Shown here one piece after another: positions 52,847 to 64,000 of a stretch of 64,000 nucleotides of DNA (position 1 is the stretch's first letter; every line of letters starts with the position of its first letter). The notes beneath the pieces were generated by a model. It saw only the letters and a program-made list of their open reading frames with translations. It was not told the origin of the DNA and ran no database searches. The stretch spans positions 3,162,001-3,226,000 of the forward strand of contig NEEC01000004.1 of NCBI GenBank assembly GCA_002189035.1. Direction: 5' to 3'. The stretch is from Utricularia gibba. Lineage: Eukaryota; Plantae; Magnoliophyta. Position numbers and translations under genes: made by a program.

Positions 52847-53422
52847 ATAACTCAGCAGTATGCACAAGAACAAGTCTATGATCATTTTGCATTCAAGTCA
52901 CTCATAATGAAAAGAAAATGGTCTCCTCACCAAGAAGCTAGGGCTATGTAGCTTGCGCAAGGGACAGAAAGTAAACAGCATGCCAAGAAACAACATAGCA
53001 ATATGCATACCAAAATTCTAATTTACATCAACTATCTCGAAAAAATAATACCAAAAACAGATGCCTAGGTTCCAGCAAAACATAAAACGTGAGGACTTGA
53101 TCAATGAAATATATGCCAAATTTCGAATTTTTTTTTTCAGGTATAAAAAAAACAATCTAAAAAGTAAACTATTCCCCCCCCCCCCCCACACACTTAAATG
53201 ACATCTTGTCCTCAAGATGGGTAGAAACATTTACCTTTCGTCAGGTGCTTTGATGTATCTAATAGTGTGGAATTTTTTCTCAAAAGTATCCATTGCACCT
53301 GTGCTTATTGAAGAGAAAGAAGAAAAGAAAAACAATGCAAGAGAAAATTGAAAGTAAAATAATTAAAAAGGGAAATCACTTGTTTTTGTAGTGGCAACAA
53401 GTAAACCATAGATGCTTTCTCA

Positions 53423-56400
53423 TCAAGGTGGGGGGTGGTGAGAGAGGTCCACTGGAACATGCAATGTGTCCATGGAAGATTTTACCCCTTCATGAAACCG
53501 TTTCAATCTCTGAATATTTACCATGAATTCTCCATGGTCAGGATGAGTGATGAGGGCTGCTCCACTGGGGTAGATTTTCTTGATGGTGTATGGTCCACGC
53601 CATCTGGACTTGAGCTTTCCTGGAAATAAACGAAAACGAGAATTAAATAACAAAACTAGGTCACCTTCTGCCAGGTCCTTCTTACGCAAGTGACTGTCAT
53701 GCCAAGCCTTCGTTTGTTCCTTGTACAGTTTTGCATTTTCGTAGGCACTCATCCTTAGCTCGTCCAGTTCTTGGAGTTGCAAGATCCTTTGCTCTCTAGC
53801 AGCCTTGACATCCAAATTTAATTCTTTGATAGCCCAATATGCCTTGTGCTCTAATTCCACAGGCAAGTGACAAGCTTTCCCATAAACTAAACGATAAGGG
53901 GAGGTCCCCAAGGGAGTCTTATACGTTGTGCGATAAGCCCATAAAGCATCAGTTATTTTGGTTGCCCAATCCTTGCGGGTTTTGGCCACCGTACGCTCCA
54001 GAATCCTCTTCAATTCCCTATTGGTTACCTCAACTTGTCCGCAGGTTTGTGGGTGATATGGGGTTGATGCCCTGTGTCCCACTCCATACTTGCGCAAGAG
54101 CTTCCGGAATTCTCTTTCAATAAACTGTTTTCCTCCATCACTTATGATGTATCTTGGGGCTCCAAACCTGGGTAGAATGATCTGTTTGAAGAGCTTAATT
54201 ACAGCTCTTCCATCAGCTGCTGGAACCGCAATAGCTTCTGCCCATTTTGAGACATAATCCACCGCTACAAGAATTTGAGTGTTGCCATAAGAGGATGGGA
54301 AGGGTCCCATAAAATCCAGCCCCCAAACATCGAAAATCTCCACCTCCAGGATATACATCATGGGTCCTTCATCTCTCCTGGAAATAGAACCTGCATGCTG
54401 ACATGGTTCGCATGCTTGAACAAATGCCCTCACATCATGATTCATGGTGGGCCAATAAAATCCAGATTGAAGAATTTTGAAGATTGTTTTTTATGCTGCT
54501 GCATGCCCTCCATATGGTGATGAATGGCAGTGCCAAATAACGTCCCTTACCTCCTCTGGTAGTAGGCATCTTCTGATAATTCCATCAGCACAACGTTTGA
54601 AAAGCATAGGCTCTTCCCAGAAATAATGCTTCGCTTGCACAAGGAAGCGCTTCCGCTGGTTGAAGTTCAAATTCTGGGGCAGGACTCCTCCAATGAGATA
54701 ATTGACAAAATCAGCATACCATGGCAGATTGCCATCTTGGACAGCAAGGATGCGTTCTATGGGGAAAGAATCATCAATGGGCGACTCCCACACACTTCTT
54801 TCAAGCCGTAGGCGTGACAAATGATCAGCCACTCCATTTTCCTTGCCCTTTTTGTCACGAATTTTCAGATCGAATTCTTGGAGAAGTAGTATCCATCTTA
54901 TCAACCTGGGTTTCGATTCCTGCTTGCTCAAAAGATATTTCAAGGTAGCGTGATCCGTATGAACAATTACTTTTGCACCCAACAAGTAGGACCTGAATTT
55001 TTCAATGGCAAAAACAATGGCCAGCAACTCCTTTTCTGTGGTTGTGTAGTTTCTTTGGGCTTCATTGAGAGTTTTGCTAGCATAATAAATCGCAAGAATT
55101 ACCTTGTCTTTTTTATGTCCAAGAACAGCCCCAACAGCACAATCACTTGTATCACACATCAGTTCAAATGGCAAGGTCCAATCTGGTGGTTGAAGAATGG
55201 GTGCAGTGATAAGAGCCTGCTTCAGCGTGTTGAAGGCATGCACACACTCTGCATCAAAACAAAAATACGCGTCTTGCGCAAGCAGTGTTGTTAGTGGGCG
55301 AGAAATGTGAGAAAAATCAACAATAAATCTCCTATAAAATCCTGCATGCCCCAAGAAGCTTCTGATCCCTTTTACCGTAGTTGGTGCTGGTAATTTTTCA
55401 ATCACCTCAATTTTTGCTGGATCCACTTGAATGCCTTTGGAAGAAATGTGATATCCAAGCACAATGCCTTCTTCAACCATAAAATGACACTTCTCCCAAT
55501 TGAGTACCAGGTTGCACTCAATACACCTCTTCAAAATGATGCCTAAGTTCTGCAAATATGAATCGAAATCAGTTCCATAAACAAATATATCATCCATAAA
55601 TACCTCCATGATCTTTTCCAAATGTTCTGAAAAAATGACTGTCATGCAACGTTGAAAAGTTCCAGGATCATTGCACAAACCGAATGGCATTCTCTTGTAT
55701 GCAAAGGTGCCAAAAGGACAAGTAAATGTGGTCTTGTGTTGATCTTCCAAATGAATTGGAATCTGAAAATATCCGGAATAACCATCAAGGTAACAATAGA
55801 AAGCTTGGTTACTTAACCTTTCCAGAATTTGATCAATAAATGGCAATGGGTAATGATCCTTTCTAGTGGCACCATTGAGTTTCCGAAAATCAATGCACAT
55901 CCTCCAGCCAGTGACCTTGCGCAAGGGGATTAGGTCTCCCTTCTCGTTTTGTGTCACTGTCATGCCTCCTTTCTTTGGTACGCAGTGCACTGGGCTTACC
56001 CATTGGCTGTCTGAAATAGAGTAGATGATATCAGCATCTAGCAATTTCAAAATTTCTATTTTAATCACTTCCTTCAGCATAGGACTCCCCCGCCTTTGTG
56101 GTTGCACAATTGGTCTTGCCTCAGCTTCTAAATAAATCCGATGGGTGCAGAATTGAGGGTCAAGCCCTTTCAAATCTTCCAAGGTGTACCCAATGGCTTG
56201 TCTGTGCTTGCGCAAGACATCCAGCAGCATTTGGGTGTGGTATTCATTCAATCATGCATTAACAATCACGGGGTAAGTGTGATCATCCTCAAGAAATTCG
56301 TACCTCAATGATGGTGGCAGCTTCTTCAACTCAATTTTTCCTCCAGCATCAAGTTCCTTCTTTGTTAGCCGAGCCATCATTGGTGTGTCATCTGGAGTGT

Positions 56401-57021
56401 CTTCTTTTTCATCCTGCAGAAGATTTACTCCCTGAATTTCGCGCAGAAAAACTGCTTGCGCATGCTCTTGCGTAACAGCATCTTCCGCTTCCCCTTGCGC
56501 AAGCTCGTTGCAGTCAAATCGCCTCATTGCTTGATCAACATTGAACTTCAGTTCTTCTTCTCCGAATATGAGTGTCAATTTCCCTGCTCTAACATCAATT
56601 AAGGCTCCTGTGGTTGCCATACAGGGTCTCCCAAAAATGATTGGTACCTCTACATCAAGTGGCATATCCAAAACAACAAAATCACCAGTTGAATTTGTGT
56701 GGTTCTCAACTCCTTAAGATTCAGTGCTTTGAATAAAGAATAAGGCATCAAGCTGATACTTGACCCAAGATCATATAAGCACTTCTCAAAATTGCTTCTT
56801 CCAATGATACAAGGGACTGAAAAAATTCCAGGATCTGCATGCTTTTGAATTAGCCCCTGTGTAAGAACCGTGTTGCATTGCTTGGATAATTCAATAATAG
56901 CATCATTCTCAATCTTCCTTCGATTGGCCAGAATATCCTTCAAGAATTTCGCATAAGTAGGCATTTGCAACATCACATCAGTGAATGGGATGCTCACATG
57001 GAGAGTTTTTAGCATCTCCAA
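53423..57021 (-). pseudogene. Athila pol: protease (internally deleted), RT, RNase H, integrase
   Basis: Protease CLYDLGSSISLMP; [29 protein letters not shown]; RNase [20 protein letters not shown]; integrase [40 protein letters not shown] single in-frame TAA (54491-54493) splits the Zn-finger region. Confidence 0.95.
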
Positions 57022-57036
57022 AAACTTGGAATATTG

Positions 57037-60000
57037 CTAATCCACTGATAACTTGGCCTGTCTCTGTGGATAAGGAATTGGAGGATTATAAGAAGGTGGA
57101 GACATGTACACTGGGACATCCAGCAATTCGTCTGCTTGCGCAGGGGCTGCTGCTGTTGCACTCTGCATCCCACTTCTTGTTGTCACAGCTTTGCATTCAG
57201 CAGGATTTTTCTCTGGTTGACTTGGGAGCCTCGAAGCCTTGTGGGTTTGAGCAGCATTATTCATCCGACTGTCCAGGATGCGGTTCGTTATCCCCAGTTG
57301 CTCCAAACGCTCATTCATTGCATTCACCTTTGTCTTTTGGTCTGCAATTTCTCCTCTCATTTGTTTGAGTTGCTCCATTACTTCCTTATTCATTCCTTCT
57401 TGCTTTTCAACGAATTGCCCTAGCATATCTCGTAAGAATGGTCATTGGGGCTGCTGCTGGTTCTAATTCTGGGTTTGCCAAGTGTTGCTTCGGTTTCCCC
57501 AATTGTTCCCTTGCGTAGGCACAGAGGCTCCTTGCGCAAGTTTTCCCTAGAAGTTCACAAAATTAACATTCGTACCTTCTTCTTCTGCCTCACTCTCTGT
57601 CTTCTCTGAGGCTGCTTGGACTTGAGCAATGACTGGCTGGAGTTTGCTGATTTTATCGTCTAGTTTTTGCAATGTTTCGGTAATCTTTGAGACGGTAGTG
57701 TCACGTGGGTTGTCCCAAACTCCAGTTTTCGAATTCCTTGCTGGTTGAGACCATCGTGCCTGTCGTTTTGCAAACTCATCAATTAGTTCCCAAGCCCTTC
57801 TAGGACTTACCTGGTCGAGTGGTCCAACACCCGCATTCAGCAGTCCCTTTGCTTGCGCGGTCAGTCCATCATGGAAGCACATGATCATAGCAGCGGGGCT
57901 GAGTCCATGCTTATCCGTGACTCGTGTAATTTCCTTAAATCTCTCCCAAGCTGCTGCTATTCCTTCTCCTTCATCCTGTGAAAAATTGGTGATCTCAAAC
58001 CTGGTGTTAGAATACTTTGTCGGTTCAAAATATTTGTCCAAAAATGCATCCTCCAATTCTTCCCAAGTATAAATAGAGTTGGGTGTCAAAGAGTCTAACT
58101 ATCTCCTTGCTGATCCCCATAACGAAAATGGAAATAAACGTAACCTTGTTGGGTTTCTCGTAAACATCGTATGTCTCAAAAGCAGCGGAATTTTAAAAAT
58201 TTTAAGAAACCCCCAACACAGATCTTGGAATACGGTATACATCAGACTAAGGGATGCTGAAATACCTTTCAGATGACTCTGTTGTTCACCAACCGCCAAT
58301 AGGAGACGGCCTCTATGGTATCCACACGTGGAGTACTCCGTCGATAACCTTCTCAAGGCTCTTGAATGTTGGTCGAATTCCTCAGGTGCTAGTAGAGAAA
58401 AACGTCCCCTTGTGGATCAGTCTAAGAGAGCACGAAGACCTTGAAGCATATCTAAAGATCTAAATATTTTTTAAGAGATATATGGTAACATATCAAATCA
58501 TATCTCTGTAAAGATCTTATCTTGTAGAGATATGTATATGTTCCAAATCTTATCTATATATGATCTTTTATTTTGAGTTTAATCAATATTAATCTCAAAA
58601 TAACTCTCAATTTAATTTATCCACTTTACCAATTACATCTCATTTAATTGTGTCATTCTATTTTATATCGTTGAATGATTCCACTATTGTGTATGACCCT
58701 ATAGGCTTCTTCAATCAAGGTCGTAATAATGGATTTATTAGATAACTCTTAATTAATCAAATCCATCATTATCGATCATGAGTGATGTCTAGCAACATAT
58801 CATAATCCCCAAGATGTAAGAATAATCAGGTGAACTAATTGAGCCTTTGCATGACCAGCCAACATGCAGTGAATAGCTTTCATCATACTTATATCTCATT
58901 CGTATGTGTTTTTCTGATGTATCGAACTTATAATTGCATTCAAGCACTAACACTCAATGACCTACTCAAACAATTCGAGTGTCATTACCTTGGGCCCAGG
59001 ACTTACTGTTAGGCTTTGATGCAATTACTTGAGATATGATCTCATCGCTAACATGAGTGATGAATCATTTATTGATCAATCAACTATCTCCAACCTTAAG
59101 GAGTCACATTCCTATTCATACATACTAGGCAAGCCATGGTTAGGCTCCCATTAGTAATGAGCGAAAATGTGAGCTTAAGATCAAGATAACTTTGTTGACC
59201 TCAAGTCTAAGCTTAATTGCACGGCTGTCATATTCGAGATCTTGCTACTGACACTTGGTTAACTTCCCATAGTAGCATCTTGAAGATGAGTCATCCAGTG
59301 AATCGATTCTCTAATCGACACCCACACATAGGTTCTAGTAATCTCATTATATCAAATGTGAGAACCATTGCCTAAACAATTTAGGGAACTCAATGTGTGC
59401 CAGCTTATCCGTATTTGTGATATCCTCACTTCACAAATACTCTAGCTAGGGAGTTTTTTAACTTGATCATGAGTGCTTGAAGAATCTCACATTATGATCT
59501 CATCATAATTTCTATAGCACATAGATCAAGTAGAGGATTTTATCAATGATATAAATTTGATCACAATTCAAAGTAAATATCATAAGATAAGATTTGACAA
59601 TGAGTTGATTGTCTCTAGAACACATACACTTAACAAACCTGATTGCGTCGTCGGAGACTCCTCGTTCCACCACCATGTCAGAATACCTGAGAAAAATTGC
59701 AATGTGTTCTTCAGGATCTTCACCGGGTTCTCCACGGAATGGGCTTTGTTGCACCATGGTGATCAATGAAGGCTGGAGTTGGAACCTTCGCACGTTGATG
59801 GCTGGTGCAGCAATGGGACCAGGCTTCCTCGTGTGTCGAAAATTATCACCTAAAGGGATTTCATCCCAGGGATCAACAGCAAATCTGTTAGCATTCTGCT
59901 CCCTGCACACATACCTGTCTCTTCCTGCACGATGGTTCCTTGCTTGCGCAGGTGGTTCCCTGCGTACTGCTTCTGGTCCTTCCTCTTCACTAGATGTTCC

Positions 60001-60750
60001 TTCAGCACGCACATTCCTCCTAGGCATCTGCCTCTATCTTCCATGATTTTCCCATTCAGGATTTTCTGCAAATTCATACCTCTGCTCGTGATGACGATTT
60101 TGGTTGTCACGTCGGTTTGCTCCATTGTAACCCCAACGGTCTTCTCCTTCCCACCTTGGAGGAGAGTTCACTCATCGGCTTGGAGTTCGTGGGTTGCTGT
60201 TCCGTTCGTCATGATGTTGAGGTTCAAAAGCCCTGTTTTCTTGCCATCCTTGTGCAAGCGTTGATTGCAAACGGTTTTCATTTGCACCTGCATGCCTGGA
60301 ACTTCCTAGACCACATTCCAGCGCCCTGTTGGTTCGTCCTGGGTCTGATAATGCACCCATGGGCCCTTTTTGGGGAGGTTCCTTGCCTTGATTTGGTCTC
60401 AATCTTGCTGCTGTTCGTTCTTGTGCAGGCTCTTGATTGGATCCATCGCTACGCCTTCGATATGACCCTGCACGATCAGTAGCAGATCTGCCTATACCTG
60501 TTCCTTCATTTATCAGCAAGGCTGATCCAATTGCCCTGTTTGGCTGGTGTCTTGGCATCCGTGCTCGTTCGCTATCTGGTTCGGACATCACCAGATAGTC
60601 CTCCTCATATCCAGAATGCCTTCTAGACATGGTTTCCCTGCGTTGCGTTTGCGCTTGATGACTTTCCAACCTAATTCTCCGATAGGTCCAGTCAATTTCA
60701 AGGTCCAGCGGGTACAGCTCAGTTGAAGCCCTATGCCTGCGCATGCAACA
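57037..60750 (-). pseudogene. Athila gag, interrupted by a solo LTR and by stops
   Basis: N-terminus MRRHRASTELYPLDLEIDWTYRRIR; FQLQPSLITMVQQSPFRG..EDPEEHIAIFL; removing the insert restores DAIRLRLFPFSL..AR.*LDSL; TWEELEDAFLDKYF. Confidence 0.9.
58147..59635 (-). mobile_element. Solo LTR (1489 bp), Ty1/Copia Angela-like, inserted in gag
   Basis: TG..CA ends and perfect TSD AACCT (58142-58146, 59636-59640). Minus-strand start TGTTAAGTGTATGTGTTCTAGAGACAATC and end ..GAAACCCAACA, with GTGGATACCATAGAGG near the 3' end, resemble Angela-lineage LTRs (lineage call from memory). Confidence 0.88.
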
Positions 60751-60852
60751 CTGATTAAAAGCAACTGCTTGCGCAAGTGCGCTAAACAGAATGTCTCGAA
60801 AATAACATAAAAAACAGAAATGATCAGAAAAGAAATTCCAAAGGAATACAAC

Positions 60853-60870
60853 TCCCCAGCAACAGCGCCA
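60853..60870 (-). other. Primer-binding site complementary to tRNA-Asp
   Basis: TGGCGCTGTTGCTGGGGA versus canonical TGGCGCCGTTGCCGGGGA (two C-to-T changes), just inside the 5' LTR. Confidence 0.9.
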
Positions 60871-60876
60871 AAAACT

Positions 60877-62036
60877 TGATGGTAATTCTGCAAGTGCACA
60901 GAAATCGTCGAAGTAATAAAATAAGATCGTATCCACAACGAATTGTTATTGGAATATTCTTTTCAAAACAAAGATTTAAAAAGATTGAAAATAAAAGAAA
61001 GATTGGGTTTTGAAGACAATAAGAAAAGTGGTCTTGGATCTAAGATCCACCTTACTTGAAACTCGCTCTTGTGTGTGTGCAAACCTTGAAGACTGACCTG
61101 CTTGCACAAGCTTTGGGGGTGTTATGCTAAAGTAGTGCTACTCGATGACCGTTATAGCACCGTCCCTTGTTTTGTGGGATTATGGAATCAACCACGCCAC
61201 CAGAGCCATTTCACCTCTTGTGATAACCCATGTTTTCCACACACCCAAATCTAACCCCTACACCTCTCACCTCGCGGACAGATTAGACAGAATGTGTCTT
61301 ACCAACGATGTCCGATTGAGCCCTTCTCCTTAGGTGCTTGAGGCCAACCTTTGATTCTCCCACACTCCCTTAGGGCTATATAGTACTAAATATCACGTTG
61401 ATAAAGAAAACGTTGCAAAAAACAGAATCAAACCTCAAATTAAATGATGAAAAACATAGTAAGAGAGTCACGCGCGCAGGACTTGCGCAAGCAAGGCTTC
61501 ACAACAGATCCTCAGCCGCAAGCGCTCACACGTGCATGTTTGACTCTAAACAACAAAAGTTGATGAAAAACGAAAGGAAAGGAATCCAAAGCATGCTAGA
61601 CTCGACTCTAAACCCTAGATTGACTCTCTGGTCGTCCACCACTTCGACTCTCTTTAGGTCTTTGCGTTTGGATCTTTATATAATGGTGGGGATTTGTCGA
61701 GCTTTCTTGATGGGCTCGCATCAAATCTTCTAGGATGAGATACGATTTCTCCAAGATAAGATGCGAATCTTATCTAATCCGAGAATCTTTGACCGAGTCT
61801 TCATCTCCGGATAGACCAAATCTTAGCCTCCATCAAAGTAGCTCGAAAATCCTCCAAATTATTCCAAATTCGTCCTGAAAAATCACAAAACACATTTTCA
61901 CTCCAAAAAGATCAAAGTGGTATGAAAGATATAAAATTCTTCTAAAAACATAAAGAAAGTGGGATAAAAAGAATGCAAAACTCATCTAAGAGAGTCCTAA
62001 AAACCACAAATATAAGTGACACAAAATCACTTATCA
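60877..62036 (-). repeat. Athila 5' LTR (1160 bp)
   Basis: Direct repeat of 49387-50545, adjacent to the PBS. Confidence 0.96.
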
Positions 62037-63039
62037 AAGACCTAAGTAGAATTAGTGGAACACGAAAATTCAAATAGAAGTAATTCAGTTTCAGTTCAGA
62101 CTTGAATTCTAGAATTTTTCAATTCAAGTTTTAGACTCCAGTTTATCTCTCTAGAGGAACTTTTCTTTAGAACATTGTTTTCATTTTCCTTGTTTTGTAT
62201 GATTGTTTGTGGCCAGAAACTCTTGTTTCTTGGTTGGGAGACTTCCAACTCTATATTTCGTTAGTTAGTCTCTGCGTGATTATATTATAGACTTTTTGCA
62301 ACAGTCCCTTATTTAAGATTCATGGTTAGTTGATCACTACCTACGAGTTTTGAAGAGTAACAATGTAGAAATCACCAACTCACCCTCTTTTGATTCAAGG
62401 GAGATAACATTTTATCTATGACTATACCCCAAGATCAATAAACAGATAGTGAACTCGTATCTGGATTCATTGAGTCATTGGCAACATTCAGACACATATG
62501 TACAATTCAATCGTGAGGGTAATGATGGTAGGGCCTTTTATCTTCTCGTTCGTCTAAAGGAGAGCAACATCGAGCTATTCCTGTGCCTCCTTGTCAAAGA
62601 GTGTAAGGGAGGGTAGACAATTCCTTACTCCTATAATCAAGTACTCGAGAAGATCATAGAAAAGTGGAGACGTGACGAATGTGGCTGAGCAGGATTCTCA
62701 TCCTAGTAACATTCTCCTTCTTTAAGATTCATTATTTAAGTTCATTTTTGTTGATTATTTACAATTCCCCTATTCAAGCTTCATCATTCACATTTCTACC
62801 ACCTTTTATTTTATGAATTCGTTTATAAATCGTAACAGTTGTATTTGGTGTAATTTCAACTTTCACTAGAAAAACAACTCTTTGTGTTTGATACCCATAC
62901 TATACAATTGTGTTATACGAGTTTTAAAAATTCTTAAAATTTGTTGTAGACACGATACATATCAGTATCCCAAACCTTGATGGTGACAACGGCCATAAAA
63001 AGCACCGATCTTGCCTTTTTACAACCCTAAGATCGCTCG

Positions 63040-63560
63040 AATCCCAACATGTTGCTTCTCTTTGACAATAAATCTCTCAAGTTGATCCATAAAAAAAATT
63101 CTTTATTTAGTTCAACATATAAAAAGCAATTTTGACATCCATTTGATGGTGTTCCTAACCACTTGATGCCATCATTCTAAAAATTGATTTTGATTGTAGA
63201 ATGTTTCATTACAGGTGAGTAGACATATTTCAAATCCATGCTTGGAACCTGACTGAATCCCCTTGCTTCCAACCTTATTTTCTTCTCTTCTACAACATTT
63301 TCTTTGATCTTGAAAAATCCACTTGCACTTGATTTTTTCCTTTTGATCAGGAAGACTCATAAGTGTCCAAGTGTTGTACTTTAGAAGATAATTCATTTCT
63401 TCATTCATAGCATACCACCATTTTTTAGAATCATCCCATGAAATCACCTTCTCAAGGTCCTTTGATTCGCTACACGTGACAAGCTGATCTGGAGTAGTTA
63501 AGGAAAATGCAAGAAAATCTGCTTTTGCGTATCTTTGAGGGGGCCATATCTATCTCCTAT
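63040..63560 (-). pseudogene. Copia RT fragment (upstream half)
   Basis: KKWWYAMNEEMNYLLKYNTWTL..IKCKWIF; HQMDVKIAFL..MDQLERFIVKEKQHV. Confidence 0.75.
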
Positions 63561-64000
63561 AAGTAGCAAGGAATCTTTACGAAGTTTCCGTTAATGAAAT
63601 CTAATTGTTGGGATTTTTCTCATCAATGACAACTATCGAATTAGGATACTAACATCAGTTTATACATTATGTTTCTCATAACGCTCAACCTTCTTGAAAT
63701 CAGTTAAAAGTGATTGGCAAAATCAAACTTTTCCTAAGATCAGAAACTTGCCATTATTGGCCTTTAGCACAATAAAATATATTTTATTATGTATTTTTGA
63801 ATAATACTTTAACACACTATTATATCTGTTAAATATACTTTATTGTGTATTTAATATTTTAAATACATTTCTTGTGTATTTTTAGAACAATACTTTAGCA
63901 CACTATTACATCTAGTACACTAGTAAACTTTCTCTTCAAAGTGCTTGGAGAAATCAGATTTTTCCTAAGATTAGAAACATGACTTATCTTAGTTAGAGTT

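Larger units (their letters stand above)
49387..62036 (-). mobile_element. Full-length Athila-type Ty3/Gypsy LTR retrotransposon (inactive), with two nested solo LTRs
   Basis: LTRs 49387-50545 and 60877-62036 (TG..CA; roughly 95-96% identical by eye over the first ~600 bp); perfect TSD AAGAC (49382-49386, 62037-62041); tRNA-Asp-type PBS; PPT; gag-pol. Confidence 0.96.
49008..62959 (+). mobile_element. Probable ~1.3 kb solo LTR (49008-49386 plus 62042-62959) split by the Athila insertion
   Basis: Begins TGTTAAGTGTCATTTT and ends GACACGATACA; flanks TTATC / TATCA share TATC; the two halves join across the AAGAC TSD. Confidence 0.55.

Noticed and set aside
58099-58463. Short ORFs at the gag/insert junction
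   Set aside because: Chimeric read-through between the Angela-like solo LTR and gag.
63700-64000. Short duplicated AT-rich segments at the window end
   Set aside because: Truncated by the window edge; cannot be assigned to a family.

Overview
AT-rich plant (angiosperm) nuclear DNA with four spliced host genes among nested transposons. Host genes: an O-fucosyltransferase-family gene (+, 1944-4878; three 1-bp gaps, all in G/C homopolymers, probably assembly errors), an STM-clade class I KNOX gene (-, 8552-10191), an AAA+ ATPase (-, 38464-42489) and plastid terminal oxidase PTOX/IMMUTANS (-, 45139-47733). Transposons: a ~8.4 kb Mutator-like element (MULE, ~12978-21418), a decayed Retand/Tat Ty3 element with an antisense ORF inserted into a hAT transposase gene, a full-length Athila-type element (49387-62036, TSD AAGAC), four solo LTRs with readable TSDs, a hAT MITE and several Copia remnants. 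Three observations stand out. (1) The MULE carries a second, divergently oriented, intron-containing locus with a TRP28-like segment followed by an FCP1/NIF (HAD phosphatase-like) domain. (2) The 10-bp palindrome CTTGCGCAAG occurs 11 times across the Athila element, including inside pol in two different reading frames. (3) A palindromic ACTGTAAT-N6-ATT(A/G)CAGT unit is arrayed at the left end, centre and right end of the MULE. All family assignments come from motif recognition by eye; no database search was run.
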